Origin: a virus
Taxonomy: Duplodnaviria; Caudoviricetes
Length of the DNA: 64,000 nucleotides
IMG/VR virus record: IMGVR_UViG_3300014208_000024
Location: 160,001-224,000 of that record
Strand: one strand, 5' to 3'
Shown: positions 37,202 through 46,314 of the stretch, piece after piece
How the letters are laid out: each line of letters starts with the position of its first letter
Position numbering within the stretch: position 1 is the first letter of the stretch
Notes under the pieces: generated by a model
Databases searched by the model: none
Told to the model about the DNA's origin: nothing
Seen by the model: only the letters and a program-made list of their open reading frames with translations
Program-made: the position numbers and the translations under genes

Positions 37202-39160
37202 ATGAAACAAAAATATACAATACAACTTGTACAATTTAACAACAAATATGGTTCACAAGTTTATTTGCCTTATAGTGTTGGAGTATTATCAAGTTACGTA
37301 TCAACAGATAAGTTTATATTAGATAAATTCGAATTTAAAGAATTTGTTTTTATTACAGAAAAATTACATGATTTAATTAAAAGAATAGGAAAAGTCGATA
37401 TATTGGGAATTTCTTGTTATAATTGGAACTGGGCGTTAAGTTTAAAATTGGCCGAAGAGGTTAAAAAAAACAACCCAAGTTGTTTAATAATTTTAGGAGG
37501 TCCACAAGTTCCAAATGAAACATCTGATTTTTTTAAAAAAAATCCATTTATTGATATTACAGTTCATGGAGAAGGAGAAAAAACTTTCTATGAAATATTA
37601 AAAAATTATTCACAATCTAATTTTGAAACTCTTAAGCATATTTCTGGAACTACATTCTATGATAGAAAAAACGATGAGGTTGTAAAATCGCTTCAAAGGA
37701 ATTTTATTGAAGACTTAAGTAGTATGCAATCTCCATATCTAGATGGAACATTTGATGATTTGTTAAATAACAAAAAATATGCTTGGATGATAATTTGGGA
37801 AACAAACCGTGGATGTCCTTTTAAATGTTCTTTTTGTGATTGGGGTTCTGCCACTAAATCTAAAATTAGAAAGTTTGACAATGACAGATTGATAAAAGAA
37901 TTAGATTACTTTGCAGAAAAAAAAATAGAACTTATATTTGGAGCAGATGCTAATTTTGGAATCTTCAAAAGAGATAAAGATTATGCAATTAAAATGACAC
38001 AGAATAAAAAAAAATATGGATATCCAAAACAATTTAGAGTTTGCTTTACTAAAAATTCAACAGATAAAGTTTTTGAATTGTCTAAAATCTTTGATGATGC
38101 TGGAATGAATAAGGGAATATCGATAAGTATGCAATCGCTAAACGAACAGGCATTGGTTAACATACAAAGAACAAATATTAAAATGGAATTTTTTAATGAA
38201 TTACAAAAAAAATATACTACAAATGGACTTATAACATATACTGAATTGATATTACCACTTCCAGGAGAAACTTATGATTCTTTTGTAGAAGGAATAGATT
38301 CTTTATTAAATAACTCACAACATTCTGGTATAGTTGTATATAACTGTGTTATAATGCCAAATGCAAAAATGGGAGATAAAAATTACCAGCAAGAATTTGG
38401 ATTGAAAAATGTTGAAATTCCAATATTTCAAGCACATTCTGATTTTAAGGATTCAAGTTGTATTATAGAAAAAGAAGAAATTGTTGTTGAAACAAAAACT
38501 ATGAATAAATATGATTACATTAGATCATTTAAATATAGTTGGATAATTCAAAGCATGCACACTCTAGGAATGTTGCAAGTTGTTTCTATAATATTTAAAT
38601 ATCATTTTGGAATTAAATATTCAGAATTTTATAGTAGTATTATAAAATATGGAGAAGACAATCCTTGTACAATTATTGGAAAAGAATTAAAAAAGATTGA
38701 TACATTATTAAACGGGGTACTATCTGGAAGTGGATTTGATCAGGAAGTTCCTGGGTTTGAATCTGTGTCTTGGCCTCCAGAAGAAGCTACATATTTGAGA
38801 GTATCAGAGAAAATTGATGACTTTTATTTTGAAATAAAAAAATTTTTACAAAGTAAGTATAAAAATTTATTTATAGATAACAAAGTTTTATCTGATGTTT
38901 TCGATTACCAAAAAGCCAGAAGTGTGAGATTTGATAATCAAGATTCACAAAGCATTTTGTTGTCTTATGATATACATAACTTTTTTGAAAACTGTAGAGC
39001 TGGAATTATCGATGAACTTAAAAAAACAAAAATGAACTTAATAACAAATCCAAAAATGAGTTTTACGGATAAAAAAGAATTTTCAAGAGAAATTGTTTGG
39101 TATGGAAGAAAGGGTGGAAAATTCTTTCATCCAATTAAAAATAAAATTGATATAAAATGA
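37202..39160 (+). CDS. B12-binding radical SAM enzyme (class B methyltransferase-like)
   Basis: N-terminal cobalamin-binding domain (YLPYSVG..., GISCYNWN, ILGGPQVP, VHGEGE) and a CxxxCxxC motif ETNRGCPFKCSFCDWG. Confidence 0.92.
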   Translation: MKQKYTIQLVQFNNKYGSQVYLPYSVGVLSSYVSTDKFILDKFEFKEFVFITEKLHDLIKRIGKVDILGISCYNWNWALSLKLAEEVKKNNPSCLIILGGPQVPNETSDFFKKNPFIDITVHGEGEKTFYEILKNYSQSNFETLKHISGTTFYDRKNDEVVKSLQRNFIEDLSSMQSPYLDGTFDDLLNNKKYAWMIIWETNRGCPFKCSFCDWGSATKSKIRKFDNDRLIKELDYFAEKKIELIFGADANFGIFKRDKDYAIKMTQNKKKYGYPKQFRVCFTKNSTDKVFELSKIFDDAGMNKGISISMQSLNEQALVNIQRTNIKMEFFNELQKKYTTNGLITYTELILPLPGETYDSFVEGIDSLLNNSQHSGIVVYNCVIMPNAKMGDKNYQQEFGLKNVEIPIFQAHSDFKDSSCIIEKEEIVVETKTMNKYDYIRSFKYSWIIQSMHTLGMLQVVSIIFKYHFGIKYSEFYSSIIKYGEDNPCTIIGKELKKIDTLLNGVLSGSGFDQEVPGFESVSWPPEEATYLRVSEKIDDFYFEIKKFLQSKYKNLFIDNKVLSDVFDYQKARSVRFDNQDSQSILLSYDIHNFFENCRAGIIDELKKTKMNLITNPKMSFTDKKEFSREIVWYGRKGGKFFHPIKNKIDIK

Positions 39161-39954
39161 AGCAAATTATAAATTCTTACACATATCCAGATTGGCCAAA
39201 CATAGAGGTTGATTATAAAAAAAAAATTAGATATTTTGTTGATGGGTTCCATGGATATAATCCATCTGAAGATAGCTTTAAAGTCCTACATATAAAAGAG
39301 GCAGAAGCTATATGTAAATTAAGAGAAGAAGTTATAAAAAATCAAGAAAAATTTGATGTCATAATAACTTTTGATGAAGAAATTTTAAAAAATTGCAAAA
39401 ACTCTTATTTTTTCCCATTTGGAACAACTTGGGTCCACAAATACTCATTTATAGAAAAAAGATTTCAAATTTCAAACATCACTGGACATAAAGAAATAAC
39501 AGAAGGCCATATTTTAAGAAAAAAAATACACTATAAACAAACAAAAATTTCTAATCCAACCGATTTTTACATAAGTAAACATTTAGGTGTAGAAAATTTT
39601 AATAATAACAAAATTCTTGGAGATTTAAAAGAGCCTTTATTTGATTCTCAATTTCACATTTGTATAGAAAACTCAAAACAAAAAAACTATTTTACTGAAA
39701 AAATAATGGATTGTTTTGTAACCAAAACAGTTCCTATATATTGGGGATGTCCAAATATAAAAGATTTTTTTGACACAAGCTCAATCATCATAGTCAATGA
39801 TTTTAAGGAAATTATTGATGTTTGTAACAGTTTGACTTCTGAAAGTTATAAAAAAATGCTTCCTGGAATAGAAAAAAATTTGATTTTATCAAAAAATTAT
39901 ATAGATTTAGTTAGAAATATCAAGAAATTATTAATAGAAAAAATTTTATTATGA
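39157..39954 (+). CDS. Alpha-1,3-fucosyltransferase-like (GT10)
   Basis: QFHICIENS...YFTEKIMDCF...TVPIYWG GDP-fucose-binding motif. Confidence 0.85.
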   Translation: MKQIINSYTYPDWPNIEVDYKKKIRYFVDGFHGYNPSEDSFKVLHIKEAEAICKLREEVIKNQEKFDVIITFDEEILKNCKNSYFFPFGTTWVHKYSFIEKRFQISNITGHKEITEGHILRKKIHYKQTKISNPTDFYISKHLGVENFNNNKILGDLKEPLFDSQFHICIENSKQKNYFTEKIMDCFVTKTVPIYWGCPNIKDFFDTSSIIIVNDFKEIIDVCNSLTSESYKKMLPGIEKNLILSKNYIDLVRNIKKLLIEKILL

Positions 39955-40874
39955 AAGCAATAGTAACAGGAGCAAATGGTCTTTTGGGATCAGCATTGAA
40001 AAAACAACTTGGAGAAGATCATATTTATCACACAAGACAACAGTGTGACCTACTAAGAATAAACGAAATAAATCAATATTTTTACCATATAAACGAAACA
40101 GAGCATCCAGACACACTCATACACTGTGCCGCAAAGGTTGGTGGGGTGCAAGCCAATATAAATGATAATAGTGGATTCTTTTTACAAAATCTTTTTATAA
40201 ACAACAATGTAATCGGGACTGCAATTGTTTATGAATACAAAAACGTTGTAAACATATTGTCAACCTGTGTATTTCCTGACAAAGAAGTGATATATCCATT
40301 AACGGCAAACCAAATAGACAATGGAAAACCACATCCATCTAATCACGGCTATTCTTATGCAAAAAGACTTTTGTATTATTCAACAAAATACGCAAGAGAA
40401 ATAACTGGAAATAATTGGATTTCTATTATACCGACCAACATCTATGGTGAACAAGATAATTTTAATTTAGAAAACGGACACTTAATGCCAGCTTTAATTA
40501 ATAAAGCACACACAGCATCAAAATTAAATCAAGATTTTGTTGTTTGGGGAGATGGAACACCATTAAGACAATTTATATATTCAGAAGATTTGGCAAAAAT
40601 AATTTTATGGGCCATTGATAATTGGAAATCTGGAACCCCAATGATGGCTGTAAATGAAAAAGAATATTCAATTAAAGACATTGTTAACATTATAGCAGAC
40701 AGATTTAAAATTTCACAAGAAAGAATTAAATTTGACATTACAAAACCAAATGGACAATTTAGAAAACCAGCAAAACCTGATGTTCCTGCAGATTTTAAAT
40801 TTACACCGTTGGATGAAGGAATAAATAAAACAATTGATTGGTATTTAAAAAACATAAACAATGCTAGAAAATAA
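39951..40874 (+). CDS. fcl: GDP-L-fucose synthase / ColC-like epimerase-reductase
   Basis: VTGANGLLG, HCAAKVGG, LSTCVFP, YSYAKR, PTNIYG.QDNF, VWGDGTPLRQF and PNGQFRK. Confidence 0.92.
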   Translation: MKAIVTGANGLLGSALKKQLGEDHIYHTRQQCDLLRINEINQYFYHINETEHPDTLIHCAAKVGGVQANINDNSGFFLQNLFINNNVIGTAIVYEYKNVVNILSTCVFPDKEVIYPLTANQIDNGKPHPSNHGYSYAKRLLYYSTKYAREITGNNWISIIPTNIYGEQDNFNLENGHLMPALINKAHTASKLNQDFVVWGDGTPLRQFIYSEDLAKIILWAIDNWKSGTPMMAVNEKEYSIKDIVNIIADRFKISQERIKFDITKPNGQFRKPAKPDVPADFKFTPLDEGINKTIDWYLKNINNARK

Positions 40875-42039
40875 TATGAAAAAAATTACATTAGTAAGCG
40901 ACACAATAAACAAAGATGACGTTAATGCAATAATAGAATGGTTAAAACAAGATCCAACTCCTAAATTAACAAAAGGCGATTTGACCATTTTGCTAGAAAA
41001 AAGATGGGCAGAAAAAGTTGGTACAAAACATTCTATATTTGTTAATTCTGGTTCTTCTGCTATTTTATTATTACTTGCAGCACTCAAGGAAACTGGAAAG
41101 TATAGTAATAAAATTGTTTGTCCAGCTCTTAGTTGGATAACAGATGTTAGCACTCCAATCTTATTAGGTTTTGATCCAATATTGTGTGATTGTAACTTGG
41201 AAGATTTGTCTTGTGATCTAAATGAGTTGGAAAATATATTTAAAAAAAACCAAAGTGACAAACCAATGCTTTTTATTTCTGTTTCTACTTTAGGAATAGT
41301 TCCAAAAATTAATGAATTACTTTGTTTATGTAAAAAGTATAACGTAGAACTAATAGAAGACAATTGTGAAAGCATGGGTTCCACTTACGAAAACAAGATG
41401 CTTGGATCGTTTGGCCTTGCATCAGTGTATAGTATGTACTTCGGTCACCACATATCAACAATAGAGGGTGGGTTTATTAATACAAGCGACGAAGAATTAA
41501 ATACAATTTTACTTTCAATGAGAAGTCATGGATGGAATAGAGATTTGTCATATGAAGCAAAACAAAGTTTAAAAAAAGAATGGAATACATCTGACTTTGA
41601 TGAGTTGTATTGCTTTTATTATCCAGGACTTAATCTTAGATCAACCGATCTTCAAGCGTTTATTGGATTAAGAGCAATAGAAAAACTTGATTTTTATAGC
41701 TTAATGAGAAATAAAAATTTTTTTTACTACCAAAAGACAATAAAAAACAATGAACTTAAAATAGAAAAAAGAGAAAACTCATTTATATCAAATCTTGGTT
41801 ATCCAGTTTTAAATAAAAATAGAAATTTAATTGCAAAAGAGTTACAAAAAAACAATATAGAATCAAGACCATTAATAGCAGGCTCAATAGCAAACAAACC
41901 GTTCTGGATTAAAAAGTATGGTAGATCATCTTTTACAAATGCAGATAAAGTTGATAAATTTGGTTTGTATTTGCCTAATCACCACGATTTATTAGAATGC
42001 GATATAGAAACTATAGCAAATATTATTAATAAATTTTAA
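40861..42039 (+). CDS. colD: GDP-4-keto-6-deoxy-D-mannose 3-dehydratase (ColD-like; DegT fold, His-type)
   Basis: SMYFGHHISTIEGG (His at the Lys position), EDNCESMG, LLSMRSHGWNR, YPGLNLRSTD and SRPLIAG. Confidence 0.82.
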   Translation: MLENNMKKITLVSDTINKDDVNAIIEWLKQDPTPKLTKGDLTILLEKRWAEKVGTKHSIFVNSGSSAILLLLAALKETGKYSNKIVCPALSWITDVSTPILLGFDPILCDCNLEDLSCDLNELENIFKKNQSDKPMLFISVSTLGIVPKINELLCLCKKYNVELIEDNCESMGSTYENKMLGSFGLASVYSMYFGHHISTIEGGFINTSDEELNTILLSMRSHGWNRDLSYEAKQSLKKEWNTSDFDELYCFYYPGLNLRSTDLQAFIGLRAIEKLDFYSLMRNKNFFYYQKTIKNNELKIEKRENSFISNLGYPVLNKNRNLIAKELQKNNIESRPLIAGSIANKPFWIKKYGRSSFTNADKVDKFGLYLPNHHDLLECDIETIANIINKF

Positions 42040-42113
42040 AAAGTGTTTTATTATTGGATTTGATGGTTTAAAAATTTTTTACTATATAAAAACAAAAAAT
42101 ACAAAATAGAATT

Positions 42114-43142
42114 ATGAAAAAAATCGCATTTTGCACAGGAATAAATGGACAGGATGGAAGTTATCTATCTGAAATGTTGTTAGAGAAAGGATATGAAGTT
42201 CATGGAATGATTAGAAGGAGCAGTTCTTTTAATACAAAAAAGATAGACCACATTTATGATAAGTTAAAATTACATTTTGGAGACGTAACAGATCCGTTGG
42301 TTATTTCAGCTTTAATTTCAAAAATACAACCAGATGAAATTTATAATCTAGCAGCTCAATCACACGTTAAGGTTTCTTTTGAAATACCGTATTATACAGG
42401 ACAAGTAGATGCAATTGGAACATTAAACATACTTGAGGCCATTAAAAACCATTGTCCAAAAGCTAAGTTTTATCAAGCTTCTACATCTGAATTGTATGGA
42501 AAGGTTCAAGAAATTCCACAAAAAGAAACGACTCCGTTTTATCCAAGAAGCCCCTATGGTGTTGCAAAGCTTTATGGTTATTGGATTGTTAAAAATTACA
42601 GAGAAGCTTATGGGGTGTTTGCTTGTAACGGAATATTGTTTAATCACGAATCTCCTAAAAGAGGACTTACTTTTGTTACAAGAAAAATAACATCAGAGCT
42701 TGTAAAAATAAAACATGGAGAGAAAAAAACCCTTCTCCTCGGAAATTTGGATGCAAAAAGAGATTGGGGACACGCAAAAGAATATGTAGAAGGAATGTGG
42801 AGAATGCTTCAATTAGATGAACCAGAAGACTTTGTTTTAGCAACTGGAAAGGCATATTCTGTTAGACATTTTATTGAAGTTGCTACAGAATATCTTGGAT
42901 ATGAAATTGAGTGGATAGGAGATGGAATAGATGAAAAGGGATATGATAAAAAAACTGGACAATTATTAATTGAAATTGATCCAAAATATTTTAGACCATC
43001 AGAGGTTGATTTTTTACTTGGTGATGCAACAAAAGCAAAAGAAATATTGGGCTGGGAACCAAAAATTCACTTTAATGAACTAATTATAGACATACTAAAG
43101 GGAGACATTGAACAGTATGAAAAATTTGGAAAAATAGAATAA
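42114..43142 (+). CDS. gmd: GDP-mannose 4,6-dehydratase
   Basis: [58 protein letters not shown] and RDWGHA. Confidence 0.97.
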   Translation: MKKIAFCTGINGQDGSYLSEMLLEKGYEVHGMIRRSSSFNTKKIDHIYDKLKLHFGDVTDPLVISALISKIQPDEIYNLAAQSHVKVSFEIPYYTGQVDAIGTLNILEAIKNHCPKAKFYQASTSELYGKVQEIPQKETTPFYPRSPYGVAKLYGYWIVKNYREAYGVFACNGILFNHESPKRGLTFVTRKITSELVKIKHGEKKTLLLGNLDAKRDWGHAKEYVEGMWRMLQLDEPEDFVLATGKAYSVRHFIEVATEYLGYEIEWIGDGIDEKGYDKKTGQLLIEIDPKYFRPSEVDFLLGDATKAKEILGWEPKIHFNELIIDILKGDIEQYEKFGKIE

Positions 43143-43144
43143 AT

Positions 43145-43176
43145 TTTGCATTATTGAATTTTTTTTTATATATTTG
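43145..43176 (+). promoter_or_regulatory. Bacteroidota-type sigma70 promoter
   Basis: TTTG (43145-43148), 20 nt, TATATTTG (43169-43176). Confidence 0.7.
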
Positions 43177-43197
43177 CAAAAAAACAAAACAAAGACT

Positions 43198-44769
43198 ATG
43201 AAATTCAAAAACCTAAAACAGACAGATATTGATTATGCACGTAGAATCTACAAAGATAAATCAATGACTTTTCAACAGAGAATGAATATTTTAACAGATT
43301 ATTTCGAAAAAGATGAACGAACAATTCGCAGATGGTTTTCAAAAAAATTAGAAGGTTTTAAAGAAAAAGAAGATATAGTTGTAGAAAGCGAACATTTTAA
43401 ATTAGCAAAATTAGCACAAATTGATAAAGGGAGAAAATATTATTTAATTTCATCTGCTCAAAACAACACCCTTCCAAATGCAGAATTTATAAAAAACATA
43501 GAGGCATATAGTAATTTTTTAAAAGGACAATTAATTCTCGTTCCATATAGATACAAAAATCCAACATCAATATTTTCAAAAGCAGATAAAGAAAGTGAGT
43601 TTTGGCATCCGAGTCTTGTTAAATATTTGAACGCAAACAGAATAGATTTAAATTCAAAGTTAACTGTTCTTGGAGACATTAAAATTCAGCCTACAAATTC
43701 TGATCCATTGCGAGGAATTCAAGGTATAAGCTCTAAAAAAAGTTGTATTTTGGCACATCCATCAATACATTTTAAAACTATGCATGTTTTAGAAGGATAT
43801 GATAAAAAATTCATGATGACAACTGGCTCTGTAACAAAAGAAAACTATACTGACACTCTATTAGGAAAAAAAGGATCATTTAATCACACATATTCGTTTG
43901 TAATTGTAGAAATTGTTAATGAAGATAAATTTTATTGTAGACAAGTTACGGCAAATTCATCTGGATCTTTTACAGACCTTCATTTTAAAGTTTCTAATGG
44001 AGAAGTGAAAAAAATAAATAGTTGTGGTGCTGTTGTGTTTGGAGACATTCATTCGGGTGACCACAACAAAAAAGTTGTAGACTGTGGTATGGAATTGTGT
44101 AAAAAAATAAACCCCGAACACATTGTTCTTCACGATTTGTTTAATGCTAAATCCATAAATCATCACGAATTTAACAATCCTTTTATTCAATATGAATTGG
44201 AAAAAGAAAATAAAAATTCTTTGAAAAAAGAAATAGACGAGATGCTAAATTGGCTTGAACAATTAAATAAATTTAATGTTGTTGTTGTAAAAAGCAATCA
44301 TGATGATTTTGTATCAACATGGTTAATGCAAGATTGGCGCAAAATGAGCACCTGTAAAAATTCAATAGAATATGTAAAATTTGCATCAATATTATTAGAA
44401 GGAAAAGCAAAAAACGGAATTATTCCTTACTTAATAAATGAAAAATTTCCTAAAATCAAATGTTTAACGGCAAATGATAGTTTTATTGTTAATTCTTGGG
44501 AGCTTGCGCAACACAGTTCTGTTGGAAGTTCGGGAACAAGAGGGTCTTTAAATTCTTATAGTTCTTTAAGTATAAAATGTGTATTGGGACACGGGCATAC
44601 GGCCACTAGAAAAATGGGTACTATAATGGTTGGAACATTTACCAATTTACGTGTTGGATATAATAATGGCCCTAGCAACTGGGTAAACTCTTTAGTAATC
44701 ATTCACAATGACAAAAAAGCACAATTAATTATAATGGACGAGGATGGAAAATTTACTACTTTGAAATAA
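43198..44769 (+). CDS. HTH + calcineurin-like metallophosphoesterase, T5 A1-like (start revised to ATG 43198)
   Basis: N-terminal HTH (FEKDERTIRRW), ISSAQNNT, PYRYKNPTS, FGDIHSG, LHDLF, SNHDD and GHGHT. The A1 assignment is from recall of this family. Confidence 0.7.
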   Translation: MKFKNLKQTDIDYARRIYKDKSMTFQQRMNILTDYFEKDERTIRRWFSKKLEGFKEKEDIVVESEHFKLAKLAQIDKGRKYYLISSAQNNTLPNAEFIKNIEAYSNFLKGQLILVPYRYKNPTSIFSKADKESEFWHPSLVKYLNANRIDLNSKLTVLGDIKIQPTNSDPLRGIQGISSKKSCILAHPSIHFKTMHVLEGYDKKFMMTTGSVTKENYTDTLLGKKGSFNHTYSFVIVEIVNEDKFYCRQVTANSSGSFTDLHFKVSNGEVKKINSCGAVVFGDIHSGDHNKKVVDCGMELCKKINPEHIVLHDLFNAKSINHHEFNNPFIQYELEKENKNSLKKEIDEMLNWLEQLNKFNVVVVKSNHDDFVSTWLMQDWRKMSTCKNSIEYVKFASILLEGKAKNGIIPYLINEKFPKIKCLTANDSFIVNSWELAQHSSVGSSGTRGSLNSYSSLSIKCVLGHGHTATRKMGTIMVGTFTNLRVGYNNGPSNWVNSLVIIHNDKKAQLIIMDEDGKFTTLK

Positions 44770-45838
44770 TATTAGCCTTTAACAACATTTCTTCTATATT
44801 TTCATTATATTTTATAACTACAAGTAAAATTTTGTTGTTTTTACAATATTCCATTTTTATTTTATCTCTTTTTTGCTGAGATTTAAACATTTTTTCTCCA
44901 CCAAACCATTCAATGGGTTCATAGTGTTGTATTCCATGAAATTCTATGCAAATTTTTTTGTCTAACAAATAAAAATCAAAAGGAAGTGTATATTTATCAT
45001 AACAATCGATAAATCTTTTTTGCTGTTTAAAACAAATACCAAATTTAAGCAACATGAATTTAATTTGTGTTTCTCCAGTAGGTTCTTTACAAATTGGACA
45101 CCCTTTTCTTCGAAGGTGATTGTTTGGAGTCTGTAAAAATAAACCATGTTTATTACAAACTATACTTACTTTAATGTTGTCCCCTTTGTATTCTACAAAA
45201 TCATAATTATATTTATTGCCATGAATTTTTTCAAATTGCTTTATTAAAAAATCTGTTTTATTAACAGCATTGTGTTTAGTACATTTTACATGATAATTAT
45301 AAGGTAATATAAGGTGTTCTGTGTTATAATCTTTATTTATAATAGTTATTTTTGTATTGGCATTAATATAATTTATTTTTGAATAATCATATTTATCTCC
45401 ATGAATATTTTTAAATCTTTTAATTATATCATTATTTGAGTAATTAAAGTGTCTTCCATTACATTTTGGACATCCACTACCAAACATGTGACTTCCTGGC
45501 GTTTGTTTAAAATCTCCATGAAGTTTACATGTAATGATTATTTTTGTTTTTTCATCTTTATAAGTTACTTTTGAATAATCATATTTTTCTCCGTGCTTTT
45601 TAACAAATCTTTTTATTAAAACATCTAATGGGATTTTAAATTTATCAAATGCACATTTTTTACATATGCATCCATTTATGTGATCATGCGCTATTTGTAA
45701 AAATTCTCCATGTGTTGGACACACTATTTTTACTTTTGTGTGATTATTTATATATTCAACTAAACCATAATCATATTTATCTCCATGTACAAATTTAGCT
45801 TTTTCTACAAATTCTTGTGTTGTTAATTTTTTAGGCAT
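44756..45838 (-). mobile_element. Free-standing homing endonuclease with HGxKYDY repeats and a C-terminal PD-(D/E)xK domain (start revised to ATG 45838)
   Basis: Four repeats of the HGDKYDYS.V.Y.....K+.I.C..HG.F.Q type, CPKC/CPIC zinc knuckles and LPFDFYL..KKICIEFHGIQHY. Confidence 0.8.
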
Positions 45839-45839
45839 A

Positions 45840-45995
45840 TCATTTATTTTTAACCTGATTAAAATGTTCAATTAACAACCATTCAATAAACTTAGACTTA
45901 TTTTTTATTTCCTCTAAATGAATATATAATTCATTAGGTATTCTTACAGCAATTGTCTGTTTCTGCTTTTCTAAATTTATTTTTCTTCTTCCCAT
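45840..45995 (-). CDS. Ribbon-helix-helix protein 1 (51 aa; missed by the ORF track)
   Basis: My translation: MGRRKINLEKQKQTIAVRIPNELYIHLEEIKNKSKFIEWLLIEHFNQVKNK. It has an alternating beta ribbon TIAVRIP and a helix-SK.I-helix. The stop TGA is 1 nt before the endonuclease ATG, and a TCTATTTATA motif lies at 46019-46028. Confidence 0.75.
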   Translation of the reverse strand: MGRRKINLEKQKQTIAVRIPNELYIHLEEIKNKSKFIEWLLIEHFNQVKNK

Positions 45996-46061
45996 AATAA
46001 ATAATTTTTAGTGTTTATTATAAATAGAAGAAAAAAATAAAAACAGAACAGGTCGTGTAAA

Positions 46062-46196
46062 TTATTTTTTGTTTTTTTCTATATATTCTTTTAACAATCG
46101 TATTATCAACTTACTACGATTATAATCGCCATCATCTAATTTTTTTATAATTTCTGGAGGAAGCGTTATGCTTAATTTTATTGATTTGTCTTTCAT
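46062..46196 (-). CDS. Ribbon-helix-helix protein 2, CopG/Arc/MetJ-like (44 aa; missed by the ORF track)
   Basis: My translation: MKDKSIKLSITLPPEIIKKLDDGDYNRSKLIIRLLKEYIEKNKK. It shows the classic xSITLPxE...LD...NRSxLI..LL..Y pattern. Confidence 0.8.
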   Translation of the reverse strand: MKDKSIKLSITLPPEIIKKLDDGDYNRSKLIIRLLKEYIEKNKK

Positions 46197-46211
46197 AGTT
46201 TTTCTTTTTTT

Positions 46212-46242
46212 TAAATATAATCAAAAAAATTATAAATACAAA
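46212..46242 (-). promoter_or_regulatory. Overlapping host-type and late-type promoter motifs for RHH2
   Basis: On the minus strand, TTTG-N19-TATATTTA with a TATTTATA motif (46231-46238) inside the spacer. Confidence 0.5.
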
Positions 46243-46254
46243 AAATTTTTTTTT

Positions 46255-46288
46255 AAAAAAAACCTTTACTATTGTAGAGGCTTTTTTT
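46255..46288. terminator. Terminator-like hairpin in a divergent intergenic region
   Basis: A-run, CCTTTAC-tatt-GTAGAGG (one G:U pair), T-run. Confidence 0.45.
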
Positions 46289-46314
46289 ATATTATGTGCA
46301 TAAAATAAAAAAAA

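Noticed and set aside
18570-43142. Bacterial chromosomal LPS/capsule locus
   Set aside because: It is flanked on both sides by phage genes with continuous composition, and it lacks wzx/wzy/wzz, ABC export and initiating transferase genes.
44756-45838. HGxKYDY repeats as a separate repeat element
   Set aside because: They are degenerate protein-level DNA-binding repeats typical of this endonuclease family.
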